From: Phoronis australis
Taxonomy: Eukaryota > Animalia > Phoronida
Length of the DNA: 64,000 nucleotides
Direction: 5' to 3'
NCBI GenBank assembly: GCA_002633005.1
Contig: NMRA01000231.1
Span: forward strand, 24,351 to 88,350
Positions 51,701-64,000 of this stretch are shown in pieces. Made by a program: the position numbers and the translations under genes. Numbering within the stretch: the stretch's first letter is position 1; every line of letters begins with the position of its first letter. The notes under the pieces are model-generated. The model saw nothing but the letters and a program-made list of their open reading frames with translations. It made no database searches and was not told the origin of the DNA.

Positions 51701-54700
51701 TGCTTGAAGTCTTCAGTGTATGCAAATGAAAATGTGATTCAACAAAAATGTGAAAAAGTTACAAGCAGAAAAATTACACCACTCTATGTAACTTTTTGTT
51801 TGAACCACAAATAAAGTAAACAAACATTCCAATAGGCAATCATATAAAAATCAGGACACATTAACGTTAAAAATACTGTGAATGCATAATTAACGTTGAA
51901 ATGCAAGGCCCTTACTCCTCTGAGGTGAAAGGTATCAGTGCCTTCGGAGAGGGGACTTTTTTGGTAGAGGAAAAATCCTCCTGGCTACCAATTCCACCCC
52001 CGTCACCACCCCTCATCTGCATTTTTCAGAAGTGACTCAAACCTTGAGGGAAATTTTTTTAATCATTGGATCAGAATTTATTTTTAATGATGAGGTGAAT
52101 TTGCATGGTTTTTAAATATTTTGCAGAGGGGAATGGGGACGATATTTGTACTCCATATCGAAGCATCAAGGGCCCCGACATGGAAATTTTGTTTTAAGGG
52201 TATAAAGTGTTTTAGATTGCAGAGTGTCGAACCAACGTTAACACTTCTAAACATACAATACAAGTTGAATAGCTACGACTTGTAAACAAGAACGCTCATT
52301 CTGCATCACGGAATGTATGGTATTCAGCACTGACCTAGTTGCATCATGATTATTAAATTATAAATTTATTTGTCAGGCTATACTTGCATTGTAATGCATT
52401 TAAATTATTGTTTTCCAGTGATTAAGTTGGGCTTGTGCCTTTGGCGGCCATATTCCCTGGAAAGTACCATTATTTCCAGTTTTCATACCATGATTTAATG
52501 GAATCGGTTGTAGTCAAAACTGGTAAGATTTTGGAGAGAACAAATTTTTACATGAAATTCTAGTGTTACTTTTCATCTGGATTCCTTGTTGGTTTTGACC
52601 AAAAAAGTTTGAAAGCGACGAATCATCAAGCTGCTTTTGAAAACTATGTACCACTGACATAACATAAAAAGTGAAAAATCAGGAAACTATCCTTAGTTCA
52701 ACTCCTTACCCGGCCAATGAAGGTAACACGACTTCCTTGCACGTTGGTCACCGAGACACTGCCATTCTTGACACTGCAGTCTGTTATACGGGCACGTTTA
52801 GCCCATTCTTGATTACATGTAGACTATGGAAATTTCAGGAAAAACTAACAGAGATGTCACAAGAGAAACCAAAAGGAGAGTAATTAAAACAAAAAAGTCA
52901 TACAACGCTTTTCCTGTTATTACAGTATTGCGGAACATACACTAATACAAGCCTAAAGTATTCAGACAAAATGACCCTAATTATCAGTCATGATGGCTAG
53001 ACGGAAGCCAAATACATCGACTCAGAGTTGTCTTCCGTCATGACCGAGAATGACGGGGGATTAACAGTAAAATTATTAAAGTGGCTACGCCATTTTGTAA
53101 TTAGAATTTTTGACATGAATTACCCAGCTGTCATAATGGGAAAACGATTATTTTATCGATTACTTTTGTCTTGCACTCTACTACTCCACCTATTTCTGGC
53201 AGCCTGTTTTATGAAATCAACAAAGAATTGATTCAGCAATTTAGGTTTTCTTCTTATTACAACTTTAAAATCAAATAATTCGATTTCAGAATTTGACAGC
53301 TCTTGAAAAGGACTAAATTTCAAACCAAAGGAATTATTCTTTATGAATGCACATATTCACAAGGAAATGCATAGCACATACATGTCACTGTCCGTTTTGT
53401 CACAGCTAATGACGACAATGTAAGGACTTGATTTTTTGCGCAAAAAATGGACACTTTCCTAAGAGAACACCGAGACCATTTCTGAACTCTGCAAATTTTC
53501 CATCAAAACTGGTCGTAATTTTTCACCTAAATGGGCGACGTACAGGCAGCTACGCTGAATGACACACCAACAAAAGCAAAATTATATATTAACAAATTTC
53601 CTAATCATACTTATCAGCCCCCAAGTGTACAGCACACAGCACAAATTGAACTTATCTGATTTTAATTGCCTCATAAACAAGTCAACTAATATATGCCTGC
53701 CTATCATTTTGTGCGATCACTTTTAAATAGACAGACAGCGAGAAAAGAAATTGTATCAGATCTGCCTAAGTGCGGAACTGAACCTGCCACACCCATGGTG
53801 CAATTTACAGCTCTCCTGACGTAGCTGAATAACACACGATTGATGGCAGAGTATTCCAAGTGTATATAAATGATTAACTCACTAGTATTGGTTTCAGCAA
53901 ATATGTGGAAGGCAAAGGCAATTTGTTGTAAAATCACAAAAAAAACACAAAGGACTTTGTTTTTTATAGCTCTGGTCAACGTTATTAACTTCAAGTCCAT
54001 CTCAACCACAATAATCCAAAAATATGTTTTTTTTGGTTGTAAAACCGATAATGTCCTTTCAATGGATCATCGCCGAACCAGGATATTGTTCATTTAGTAC
54101 ACGATAGGGCTGATAAATGAAATTCTATTTTGTCAGTGACACATTTCTGCACAAAAATAAATATCCATAACATTCTAGTCCATCACTGTTTGCAGTGTAC
54201 AGATATCAATAAAAAATTTGACAAAGTTGCCATGTCAAAAAAAAATGTTTGATAAAGTTTCCACGATTTGCAGCAAAGTAACCAGCGTTTGAAAATTGTA
54301 GAAAAATGACAGTTTTGTTTTGAAATAAGAGGAGAGTTTGTTCCAATTAACACAATGACTCAATAAGCGCTGAGTGCGACTTTAAACTGCCTGAAACTTG
54401 ACTGACCATGAAGTAGCAGCATTTTCAATCTCCGAAAGCGCACATGTGTAAACCAATCACATGAAGGAAATCCTTAAACGGATCCAGCACAAACCTTTGT
54501 CTTATGATAAGCAAGGATACGCTGCCTCTCATCTTCGGTGGCCAGTATACGTTGAGCTTCCTGAAAAACAAGTGCAGGCAGTTGAAAGCATTATCTGTAT
54601 ATTAATCAGATGTATTTGAATGACACAGCCAGGTAAATGACTATGTGAATTACGTGCCTACCTGTATTACTTCAAGATGCTGCAAACCAGCCTTCCATCA

Positions 54701-57700
54701 AAAAATGTCATCTCGGGACAATGCATGATGGGCATATAAAATTCCATAAAAGGTAAGTGCCAGAGTGTTTTAATTAAATATTTTAAATTTGATATCAAAA
54801 CTGTCACCAGAAAATTAAGAAAACAGAAAAACCAACAACTTTGGAAATTATCTTTGCCCAATATTGGTGAGACTTTCCCCAACTTTTCATTTAAAAATGC
54901 ACCCTGATAAGTCTAGTGTCTTAACGTGGTCCTTGCCAAAGTTAGACATGAACACTGGCTTCTTCAAAAGGTGATAATTTGTTACTGCTTGAGATGAGTC
55001 TCTGTAAGGTGTTGTGTCACGGCAGGCCGTTTCGTGTGCCGGACATGGTCAAAAGAACTACTGAACTGTCAGGTCTTCGTGAACACAGAAATCATTCCTG
55101 ATATGGGCAAGGAACAAGTTGAGACTAACTCCTAGAACATTGTTAATATCTGTACAGGAGATGGCTGGTCGATGGCTGCTTTAGGAACTACTTTGTGGAA
55201 ACGAAACTCCACACATACAATAATGAAAAAATATATACCAGACACTACAATTGGTAAAAATACAAATCACTGTTAGTCTAGGGCATATTTCAACACTTTA
55301 ATCTTTTAATTGGTCGTCTGGCTCTTATTGACTAAGTATCCAACAATTAGTGAAGTGGTGTTAGTGTAAATGGCTTGAAGTCACCAGACAGATGGTTCTC
55401 AGTCACTAGCACGGCAGACCAGCTTGAGATTGCCAGCTGATAATTGTGTGTAATTCACATATTTTTATTTTTATTAAACATAATATCCAAAAATAATTGT
55501 GTCTTTCCCTTTTAACTACATTGACCAAGTATACAATGCACTCACTTTTCTACAGTAACATCAAATTCAGACAAAACGATTTGTCAAAAATGCCCCTTTT
55601 CCACTTTTCAATGGCTCCTAACATTGCTGTGAATGCCCACAAAACGTGAATATGGAAATCCATTTAAGTGGGCTCTACATGGAAAAATGACATGTACATT
55701 CCACATGTCAGCCTCACTATGCCCTAAGCTTGCGAGAGATCTTACTGTATCTTGGTGGAAACAAGCACACAAAGACGTTCCTACCTGTGAGACAGCATGC
55801 TGGAGTCTGGCTGTATGTTGTAGTAGAGCGTCCTCTGCTCTCTTTAAGAAGCTAGTAAAAAAAATGGACTGCCAAAGCTCACAAAACACAATGTTACATT
55901 TGAAAGTCAGAAACAAAATGCGGGTAACCTTAAAAAAGCAACTTTAAAATGTGAAGAGAGCTTTTACAGTGCATGTTTATTGTGAAACAAGTTGTAATTT
56001 ATCTAATTAAAATAAGAATGACTAAAATGTGAAATAAGCATAAACATACAAGATACACTATCATTTCTATGACCAAAAAAGCGTTTTTAGAGTTGCGTTG
56101 GATGGGATAGACTTATTGAAATTATTAGCTTTGACCAGGGCTATAAAACAATATATTTGGTGTTTTGGCGACTCTATTTTAGATTCCCAAGTCTTGTTAC
56201 TCTGTGACAGACATTCGTTGAAGTTAAAGCCAATGACTTTACCAGTAAAATACTTTTAAAAAACTCGCTAAATTGTGTCTTAAACAAAAAATTGTTACAA
56301 TAACAATCCCAATTTGTATGAAATAGCTAAAAACAGTCTAACTAGTAACTGCGCAGGGTAAAATAGTCCAGTGGATCTCTTAACTACAAGTTTATGCGTA
56401 GATAGAAACATACCTATCCATTTGTTCTGAACTGACAACAAAGCTCTGAATGTCATTTCGGGTAACCTTATGTGTCTTCCAGAACATGTCCAGCTTCAAC
56501 CTGTGGGAAAGGCTGAAAATATAACTAGTCACTTAATGATTACAAATTGGGGAATTCTTACCATAATGGAACAAATTGTTAAACTATTTATATTACAGTA
56601 ACTAGTAAAAAATTGAAATCACAAGCAGAAATAAGACTTCAGGACCCAGGGTCTAATCTCTAATCTCTAAACTTAACTAATTACAAATGCCCGCTCCCAT
56701 GATTCAAGTACAAATTAATTTTTAAGTACTGAAAGCATACCATATTATTAGTCAATTTTCAGATCAAGTTTTGGATGCACAGAGAAAAGACCCCAGGACC
56801 TGTTTAAAACATTCGACTTCTCTGTAACAATTTTGGGAAGCCATTTGGTTTTGATGTTTTTGATATCACAAATTAAGTAAAAACAAGTAAAAAGTCCCCA
56901 TATTTAAACTTGCATATTTCCATGAAGTGTTACTTTACTTTTAAACGTGGTTAATTCTGCAAATTAGACGTGGAATTTAAAAATAACGGATTATGTCCGT
57001 AAAGGGTTTTTCCAGAGTTTCTATTAAGTCATACAAACAGTTACTATTTTTTTCACATTTCAATGCTAATTTAACGTACAATGCGAATTTATGAGTGACC
57101 AGGTAAAATTTGGTACTAACATTCCAAACATTATTCAACTTGTAACCAGAAATGTATTACCAAACCAACAAACTTCCATACGATTAGAAGTAAAATAATT
57201 TTGCTTCCAGGTCCTTCACATTTAGATATTAATTTAACAAAATTAAAATAAAGCTTAATCATATTTCATGTGAAGATTCAGTTTTTTTGTCCTCCAAGAT
57301 TAGAAAGGAGTCAACACTTGTAATTTTGACTATCTAAAAAGAAAATGTTTTTGAACGATGTTTATTTAACCGACTTTGTTCTTATCATGAAAACACAGTT
57401 TTCTAAAAATACAATTGATTAAAGTGTCAACACGATATCGACCCTAAACCTATGGTCCCTGTATTACCCTATTCCACTGCTTCTCAGACAATGGTCCCAT
57501 TATTATACCTCACTGGATGTTCTTCCACCCCTAGGAGCCCTCATCTCTGTCCCCAGCAACGGATGTTCCTTTTACCCACTATTCTAATTTCTGACTGACG
57601 TCTTGGTGTGCATTAGGTGCATTAGCTCGGATGCGCAAAAACAACATTTTTCAGCTAAGACGGGTTGAAATGAGTTGCAACCTGGGGGTACTTTTCTATT

Positions 57701-60700
57701 AATAGGGGGGCAAAACTTAACAGTGAAATGATCAAAATTGGCTTGGACGACGGCCGTTTCGCAATGCACAGGGGGTAGTGGCCCTGTTGCCCCAAGTGGC
57801 CAGAATTACGCCAGTGATTATCAGTCATAGATGACAGACAGTTTCATCTTGTTTTGCCTTTTAATCATTTTGGTTTTAGATAACGTAATGGACACGTCTA
57901 GTGTTCTATAGTATAAATGAGGCACAGGAAAGGATGCCAACATAATGTTTGCTTCCAAATCTGGATAAAGCATCATTGTTGAATAATTACCATGCACCAA
58001 CAGCCTTACAAGGGTACCTGAGTGTTTAGATATTATGAAGAAATATATTTGATCAGAAAACATCTTAACCGGAGAATTTTTGGAGTTATTTTTTTCTACA
58101 GGATTTCATAGATCACAAACAAAAACGTCTTACATTCTGGTATAAAGAAACTTGGCGATACTCAAATTATGACAATGTCACGTGGAGGCAGATATATTGA
58201 GAAACTTCTACCGAGTTTCTCAATTTCTGGGCTAGTGATTGGCTATAGAGGCATGACACAGCACATTTGCTTGATAATATATTAGGAGGGCATGAAAATC
58301 AGAGCCTTTTTTGCAGAAAACAGGGACTTCAACGCAATATGGAACTTTCCAACATCAAATGCTTTATGAAGACATATCTAGCCCTATGGAAAAGTGAAGT
58401 TATCACCCCTGACATGGTTACAGAATGAAAAGTGAAGTTACGACCCTTGACATGGTCACAAAATGAAAAGTGATCACCCTTAACATGGTCACAGAATGAA
58501 AAGTGAAGTTACCACCACTGACATGGTCACAAAATGAAAAGTGATAACCCTTGACATGGTCACAGTATGAAAAGTGAAGTTATCACCCCTTTACATGGTC
58601 ACAGAATGAAAAGAGTGAACTTATTACCCATGGCCTAAACTGAGATGAAGCAGTTCAAGATGATTGACAAGTAAAAAGCACTACTTTTCTCTGGAAACTG
58701 GATATGAAAAACAATTTTTCCAACTTATGAAATTGAACTATTTTTGGATCAGTTAACCAAATGGGTGCTGAACTTAAACAGTCATTACAGTTCACCAGTC
58801 AAACTGTGTGCTCACAATGACTCAAAGAGAGAGTCTCACCTTGCTAAATGCTCGATAAAGCCAGCCATTTTGATCACCCCGCCATCTTGAGAGGCGTGCT
58901 TCATTACTTCACATGTGCAACAGTAACACCAACACTGCGCACCAGTCTCGTAACCGACACGCTCAATAATCGGCTGTTCAAGCAACGACATGGCATCTTT
59001 TACCTACCGTACAAACCGGGAAAGCAAAGTCAACGTGGTCAAACTTACAAAAAGTTTAAAACACAAACCTTCAAGTATTTCATATTATAATTAAAATCAT
59101 GCACGTGTGAATTGACAAATAGTTGCTGTGCAGAAGCGCAGAGTTCTCCCAGAACAAAACTGCAAACATGGCTCAGACAGCATGTTATGCCCTGAAGTGC
59201 TAATCTGCCTTCCTGCTAATACAGCAACATAGCAACAGAACATCGTGTTTTCTGTCACTCACAATTTCACTATGTCACTACCAGCTTTATGGGGAAAAAC
59301 AATGTGCCCAATACAACTTCGGTCATCCGTCTTGTAAAGCAAAAAATCTGACTTTTCCAACATGTCCCAGAGCTTTTCACAAATGGTTCAATATTTCCAA
59401 ACATGGTTCATGATTTTCAGGCAGGGCGCAGCACATGTAGGTTGACTGCGAAGTAACTGTCTCAATGGACATCAGGGTGAAATTCTCTTGCACTATTGTT
59501 CAGCATTCCACAACCCATGTTCTGTTGTGACAAAAAAATTCTAAAACTTCAGTGGTAGTATTTTAATTTTAATTTTTGCTCTTGCTGATGAATTAATGTG
59601 ATTCATAATTTTAAGACCATTAGCAGTCGACAAGGAATTCAGTATGGCAATAAACTTAAAATGCCAGTTATTTCCCACTGTAAATTTGTTCTTGAATAAC
59701 ATAGCATACAGGTACATGTATGTAATGCATTTTTATCATCCCCATTACGTTACCCTCCAATTCAGTAGTCTTTCTAAACAAAAGTAGCAAAATTTCCACT
59801 AAAGCACGTCTATTAACAAGTGTTCACTGTCAGTATGTCCACAAGATGTCACTTATCACAATTTGTGGAATGTTGAAGACTTTGGTTACAAAGAAACAGT
59901 TTAAGTATTCATAGAGTAAATTGAATTGGTTTATTTATAACAGCTATGAACTCAACTTCCATCATGACAAAAACAAAGTAATTACGATTTAGACCACTTA
60001 ACATTGTGAAATTGGTCTCTCAAACTGTAGCTTCAATAAACTGACTATCTCAAATTGTTCTTTAGTCAAATTTGATGTCAGACTATGCCAAAATTGGACA
60101 CATTTCTTGCCAGTATCATTTGTCAGTTCAATCAGACTTATGTAGCTAAAACCACAATTTCTTTGAAGTTTATGCAATATCACATTTTAATGCGACTCGT
60201 AACCTTGCCATCAACTGTTAATTTGTGAATGGATGCACAAACCAAGTTCTCAACATTTCAACAAAGTATGTGATGCAGCACCTGTTGAGATTGAGCCCAA
60301 ATTGATATGTGTGCCAGTCAAAAAAAATTATTTAAACACAGTTTCAGGCATCAAAACTTCATAGACTTACACCCATTGTCCACCTTATTTTGAAAACTAC
60401 TACACCAGTTGACTTGCCATTTTATTTAATGAACATCGTCTCCATAAAAAAGGAACTGTCAGCAGTTCATTTGAAAACCCAAAAATTACTTCCAATTTGA
60501 AGAGCAAGACCAAATTTGCGGTAAAAAATTCGCTTCTTGGACTGAACACGGGTGAGTAGCCACTTAAAAAGCATATACCTTGTTTCATGCTGCCCAATAG
60601 ATGGCGCTATCTGTCGTTGTTGTTCTGCGTATTCAATTGAATAAAGATAAGTTGACCTACGAACACGCTCTTGAATTTTGGCGATTAAACTCGGTGTGAA

Positions 60701-60835
60701 ACATACCTTTTTGAAGAATTTTTGAAGTATAAAGTCTACAGTTGACTTGTGTTTCCTGCTATAGACATGTTTCCACCCCTGTTGATGGTTAAAACGACAA
60801 AGCTTGCAGTAGTCGTACGCTCGTTCATCAGTCAT
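48792..60835 (-). CDS. CENATAC: Centrosomal AT-AC splicing factor (CCDC84 family), ~342 aa
   Basis: Minus-strand exons 60835-60707, 59003-58840, 56512-56414, 55851-55785, 54560-54495, 52823-52710, 51710-51548, 50732-50591, 48876-48792; 1029 nt in frame. Zn fingers CKLCR..HVYSRKH and CWCYCC..EHLASLSH. C-terminal motifs VTFIG, GNVHSGGVPPWL, IGPTLEDF, KLPPDRVG and WLPSFGGVWNRGRR. Confidence 0.92.
49040..49165. repeat. Diverged 33-bp tandem repeat x ~3.5
   Basis: GTGAAGCTTTGA...CCCTGTGTCCACA units in the last CENATAC intron. Confidence 0.65.
58389..58628. repeat. 33/38-bp minisatellite x ~6.5, intronic
   Basis: GAAAAGTGA(AGTTA)..ACCC.TGACATGGTCACAGAAT units. Confidence 0.9.
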
Positions 60836-61461
60836 GGTCAGGTGGTCGTGTCAGACGAGGGGTGCATGAGAAAACATCATTCTGAAACATACTGAGGATG
60901 AATAAAACTTTTGCCAACAACGTGAATGCTTCAACATAAATGTGGATAGTGACAAAAACGTACATGCAACTGGCTCGAGCCTGCATTAAATGTGGCAAGA
61001 CATGCAAAGCAGAGTCTAGTGTTAACTAGCTACACTTCCAAGGATTGAAGTTCAGTGGACCTCCTTCCAAACTTTTCAAGTGTGTTCCAAATTTCTTGTG
61101 CCCATGACATTAATCTCACTTGATAACAAATCTTAAAAGTATCACTTTACCAAAACAGAAATGGTACGTCACGAGCATACTGTTCTAAAAGAGGTGTCTC
61201 AACATTTCTTTGCAACAAAAAAGAGAGTGGCATGATTGAGTTTCTTTTAATGGTAGTAACAGACAAGGACAACTAAGTAAGACCTGTGTCCTTTGAATGT
61301 TGGAGCAAAAATTTACTAGTACAGACGACTGAACATGCTAAAATTTAAGACAAGTTTCATTGCGAGAAGACCACAAACACAGTCGTGGCATACTGAAAAT
61401 TTGAGCTTCACTTAAACTGACAACTTTTTACCCACATCGTTCACAACACTATGTTTTTACA

Positions 61462-61590
61462 GGCACTAGTCGAATATTAATAGCGGTCCCTGATTTAGAG
61501 AACCAGGCATTTCATATTGAGTAACGGGCCCATGATTTAGTGGTTGAAACTAGTCCTCTAAACAAGGGACCGCTATATCCGACCAGTGCC
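61462..61590. mobile_element. Short MITE/hairpin with ~35-bp imperfect TIRs
   Basis: GGCACTAGTCGAATATTAATAGCGGTCCCTGATTTAGAG matches the reverse complement of CTCTAAACAAGGGACCGCTATATCCGACCAGTGCC. Confidence 0.65.
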
Positions 61591-62328
61591 GTTATTACCT
61601 ATCAGTTACAGCAGACAATACCATTGGCAGTGGACGCGGAAGGCTTATGCCATGCCGAATGAAGACAGCCTATTAGTAGGGGCAAAGTAGGGCTATTTGC
61701 TGCTTATAATGCAGCAGGGCAAAAGCCATGGATACGTCCATAGACCAAATCAAGTCACAGGCGTCCTCAGCCTCTGATCGCTCCTAATACACTATATATA
61801 AGAAGTATATATAATGGTGTACTGGGTACGACCAGACAGAAGCTGCGGACGCCTGTGCTGTGGCTGTGTGACTGCGCTTTTCAACAGACAACACTCCATT
61901 GACTCCAACCTCGTACGAGACCAAGTGAACTCCTGTGCCCCAGCTGCAGTCTACAATTAAAATCTGAATATTTCCCATGTCTTTTTCTAATATTCTTTTG
62001 TTCTATCTACCTCAAATGTTAAATAAACGTTTTACTTACTTTCAGTACTTAGTAGCTTGGAAAAGGTAAAACTGTCGCCAGTGTAGCATTGACCTCGTTA
62101 TTCCTAAGCAAGCGACTTCTAGTGGCACTAAATTAAAATACATTTAAAAATACTTACAATGGGGAAATGTAAATTATGCTTACAAGTGATAAGTTATTGA
62201 CCTACAAGTTTTTTAAATTAAAAATCATTTTTATATAAAGAACAAATTTTGATAGAACCTAATCTTAATGACATTTTTAATCCATAATAAGTGTTTGTAA
62301 TAGAGGCTACAGAGACACATGTGCAAAA

Positions 62329-62464
62329 ATGGCAGCCCCCAATGAGGCAGGATCACCGGAGGTTTATTTTGCTCAGAAATTGGCCGGCAATGAGAAGAAA
62401 ACAAGAGATCAAGCTGTCAAAAGATTAAAAAAATGGTTAAGAGCTCGTTCGAATGTAAACGCAG
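62329..62464 (+). CDS. RRP1: Ribosomal RNA processing protein 1 (Nop52 family), first coding exon; rest of gene not identified in this window
   Basis: MAAPNEAGSPEVYFAQKLAGNEKKTRDQAVKRLKKWL matches the Nop52 N-terminus (ExxFAQxLAxNExxxRDxAVxxLxxxI). Donor CAG|GTACCC. Confidence 0.88.
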
Positions 62465-62829
62465 GTACCCCTTTTTACCGACCTAGCTTTGCTCACGAAA
62501 TTTTCGAAGTTTCCTTCGTGGTTTTCACGTGCGCAGTTCGTTTAGACAAGGCAATCATTGAATAATGGCCCCGTTAGTCAATCGATGAATTTGGTTCTCA
62601 AAGTCAAGGTCCACTATATCTATCTAGCTAGTTAGCTGTTTGAAGACTTTCGTCAAAATACGGCTAGAGAGCTGGCAATGACCATTGCCTCTGTTGGCCC
62701 GAAGCAGAGGCGATGCAGAGGCTAGTATAGGCGCTCTGTACGCCGGAAGCTTTTCGGTGAATTATGCCTCGCACCGACTAAACCATCAAAGTCACGTTGT
62801 TATAAATACCTTTTGCGCATAGAGGAACA

Positions 62830-63725
62830 CCTTAGGAGGTTGTCGATGTGTTTAATTCCCAAAAGGGGCCGTGATTGATGTGGTTGGTTGGCGAGATATA
62901 GGTTTAGTCAGAGAGGAAGATAGTGTGAAGTTGGAGATAAAAAGGGTTAGTGCTGATCAGACGTGTTTTGTGGGGAATAGTGAGTGGGAGGTCAAGGCAG
63001 GAGGGTTGGTAGGGTTGCTTGGGGAGAATGGGGAGTGGTTTACGGGAAAGAAGTTGGTTTGGATGGAGGCGTGTCAGTGGGCAGGGTGTCATTTTGTTGG
63101 GAAGGATATAGGGGCACATGTTAGGTTTTGGCATTTGCCGAAATGTGTATATTGGCGGAGTCGAGTTTTGTTTTGAAGTTGGTACGTCAGTTGGGGAAGG
63201 TTTTAGTGGGAAGTGGGGATTTGGCTGTGATAAGGGTGTGGTTATTGGAAAGTGCGGGAGATTTGGGGGATGCGGATTTTAGGGAGGTAGTGAGGGTATG
63301 TAGGGAGTTAGGATGGGCAGTTCCGAGGGGCAGGTGTTTGAGGGAGTCTCAGGTGGTGTTGTTGTCGTGGAAAGGGGTTGAGGGGTTAATGAGGAGGCTA
63401 TCTGTAGGACAGTTGTTGGATCGGTTGAGAGATAGGCCATTTTATAGATTTTAGGGTGGGGCATGGATTCGGGGATTGGGTGAGAGGGAGAGTAGTGGTG
63501 TTTGTGGTGGAGGCAGCGTGATGATGGATGGGGGGTTACAGTTGGGGAGGGGGTAAGGTTGTTGGAGGAGGTGGAATGTTTTCTGTATGTATGTTGATTT
63601 GGCTTATTTTATTTTGATAGGAGATTTATTATTTTGTGTCAGATGAGGTTTATTGTTTTGTTTTGGGGTGTATATTTTGCATTGTGGGGGTTTTTCTTTA
63701 TGACGTTGAGGTGTATGGTGGGTAG
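62830..63725 (-). mobile_element. Strongly strand-skewed (G+T on plus) segment, possibly a decayed Penelope-like retroelement 3' part, in RRP1 intron 1
   Basis: Extreme C/A richness on the minus strand. Fragmentary peptides ILTPYIPSLP, GKCQNLTC and TAPFG(I/N) loosely recall the RT-thumb/GIY-YIG region; no intact ORF. Confidence 0.35.
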
Positions 63726-64000
63726 TCGTACGGAGTTCTCCAATTCTAACTGAGTGGCCTCGGTTGTGTGTCTGTTGTTTGGTAGACCGCCACTCTGGGT
63801 CAACCTTTGATAGTGTTCAGACGTCTCAGAAGCCAGTGCGGTTGAAGTAATTCAGGTAAGGCGTACTACACTCCGTTCATTTCTCAAAATTGAAAACTGA
63901 TCATTTTTACGTAGTACATGCCAGGTGATATGAAGTCATACCACCTGCAGCAAGCAGTATTAATAATGGTCAGTTTCCGATTTATGGAACGGTACAAAGG

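Overview
AT-rich, intron-containing animal (invertebrate-type) genomic DNA, not prokaryotic; most listed ORFs are spurious. The first ~24 kb is nested transposon debris: a split Gypsy pol, a Harbinger nuclease remnant, several TIR elements and a TTAA/Kolobok-type element. Four spliced genes can be built by hand with GT-AG junctions and consistent phases. (1) A 9-exon, ~836-aa nuclear IkB (IkB-zeta/Bcl-3-like ankyrin) protein with an unexpected N-terminal CBP-type KIX domain, preceded by a tight cluster of NF-kB sites. (2) A 5-exon classical SDR resembling the bacterial PRK08265/IifB group; its exon 3 is duplicated across a single N. (3) CENATAC/CCDC84 on the minus strand (9 exons), with a U12-type 5' splice site competing with a U2-type site. 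(4) The first coding exon of RRP1/Nop52, divergent from CENATAC. All family assignments come from motif recognition and remembered sequences; no database search was run.
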